Positions 52,888-53,132 of a stretch of 53,132 nucleotides of DNA are shown here, piece by piece. The position numbers and the translations under genes are program-made. Source of the stretch: Ruditapes philippinarum (Eukaryota); the NCBI RefSeq assembly GCF_026571515.1, contig NW_026864444.1, positions 62,001 through 115,132 on the forward strand, in the 5' to 3' direction. Numbering within the stretch: position 1 is the stretch's first letter; every line of letters begins with the position of its first letter. Under the pieces are notes generated by a model. The model had not been told where the DNA came from. It saw only the letters and a list, made by a program, of their open reading frames with translations, and made no database searches.

Positions 52888-53132
52888 GTAAGTACAATTT
52901 TTTTTAAGCGTATTACCTCCTTAGGCGCAAAGTTGTTTTGTCACATTTTTAAATATACATGTATTGGAGGACTAATTAATTCAGAAAACAACCTTACACA
53001 GTATGAAGCTAGACATAAAAATAATTCAGTTTATATAGTCTGTGAAAATTACAATTATGCTCTATACTATGGTTTGTTCAAACATGACTTTGTTGTTCCA
53101 GTAGATATCATAACTTCAAAATGTTTTAAAAA

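Larger units (their letters stand above)
30420..53132. repeat. Large imperfect inverted duplication (left arm ~30420-42370, right arm ~45095-53132)
   Basis: 30420-40740 pairs with 47815-53132 and 40750-42370 pairs with 45095-46625. The arms differ by discrete TE insertions. Confidence 0.85.

Noticed and set aside
47815-53132. Pure sequencing fold-back chimera
   Set aside because: The arms differ by clean TE presence/absence with TSDs in both directions, which a re-read of the same strand cannot create.

Overview
AT-rich, intron-containing eukaryotic genomic DNA, most likely from a bivalve mollusc (inferred from V-domain and Meta-like tRNA SINEs, pearl/HINE-like satellite-bearing repeats and palindromic MITEs). 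There are no prokaryotic features, CRISPR arrays or rRNA. The window is a duplicated cluster of three secreted or surface gene families, each in two copies. (1) A 4-exon signal-peptide/KR-cleaved Cys-rich protein of unknown family (6969-11720 and 23580-27196, +). (2) A 2-exon six-cysteine peptide precursor ending in a GRK amidation signal (13246-13986 + and 43532-44247 -). (3) A 6-exon, 3-Ig-domain, probably GPI-anchored protein (30020-38803 -) with an inverted, noisy copy (48629-52887 +). From about 30.4 kb to the end the window is one large imperfect inverted repeat centred on the second peptide gene. Comparing paralogous segments gives empty and filled sites that define several transposon boundaries precisely. 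These include an intron-containing DD34D mariner and a 2.3-kb element with CAC termini (one end is the exact RSS heptamer CACAGTG) and a probable 5-bp TSD, lying in the intron that splits an Ig domain. The window opens with a Penelope fold-back carrying a GIY-YIG fragment and minimal hammerhead ribozymes. All gene models and alignments were read by eye; no database searches were possible. Regions 900-1230 and 48.6-53.1 kb look like lower-accuracy consensus.
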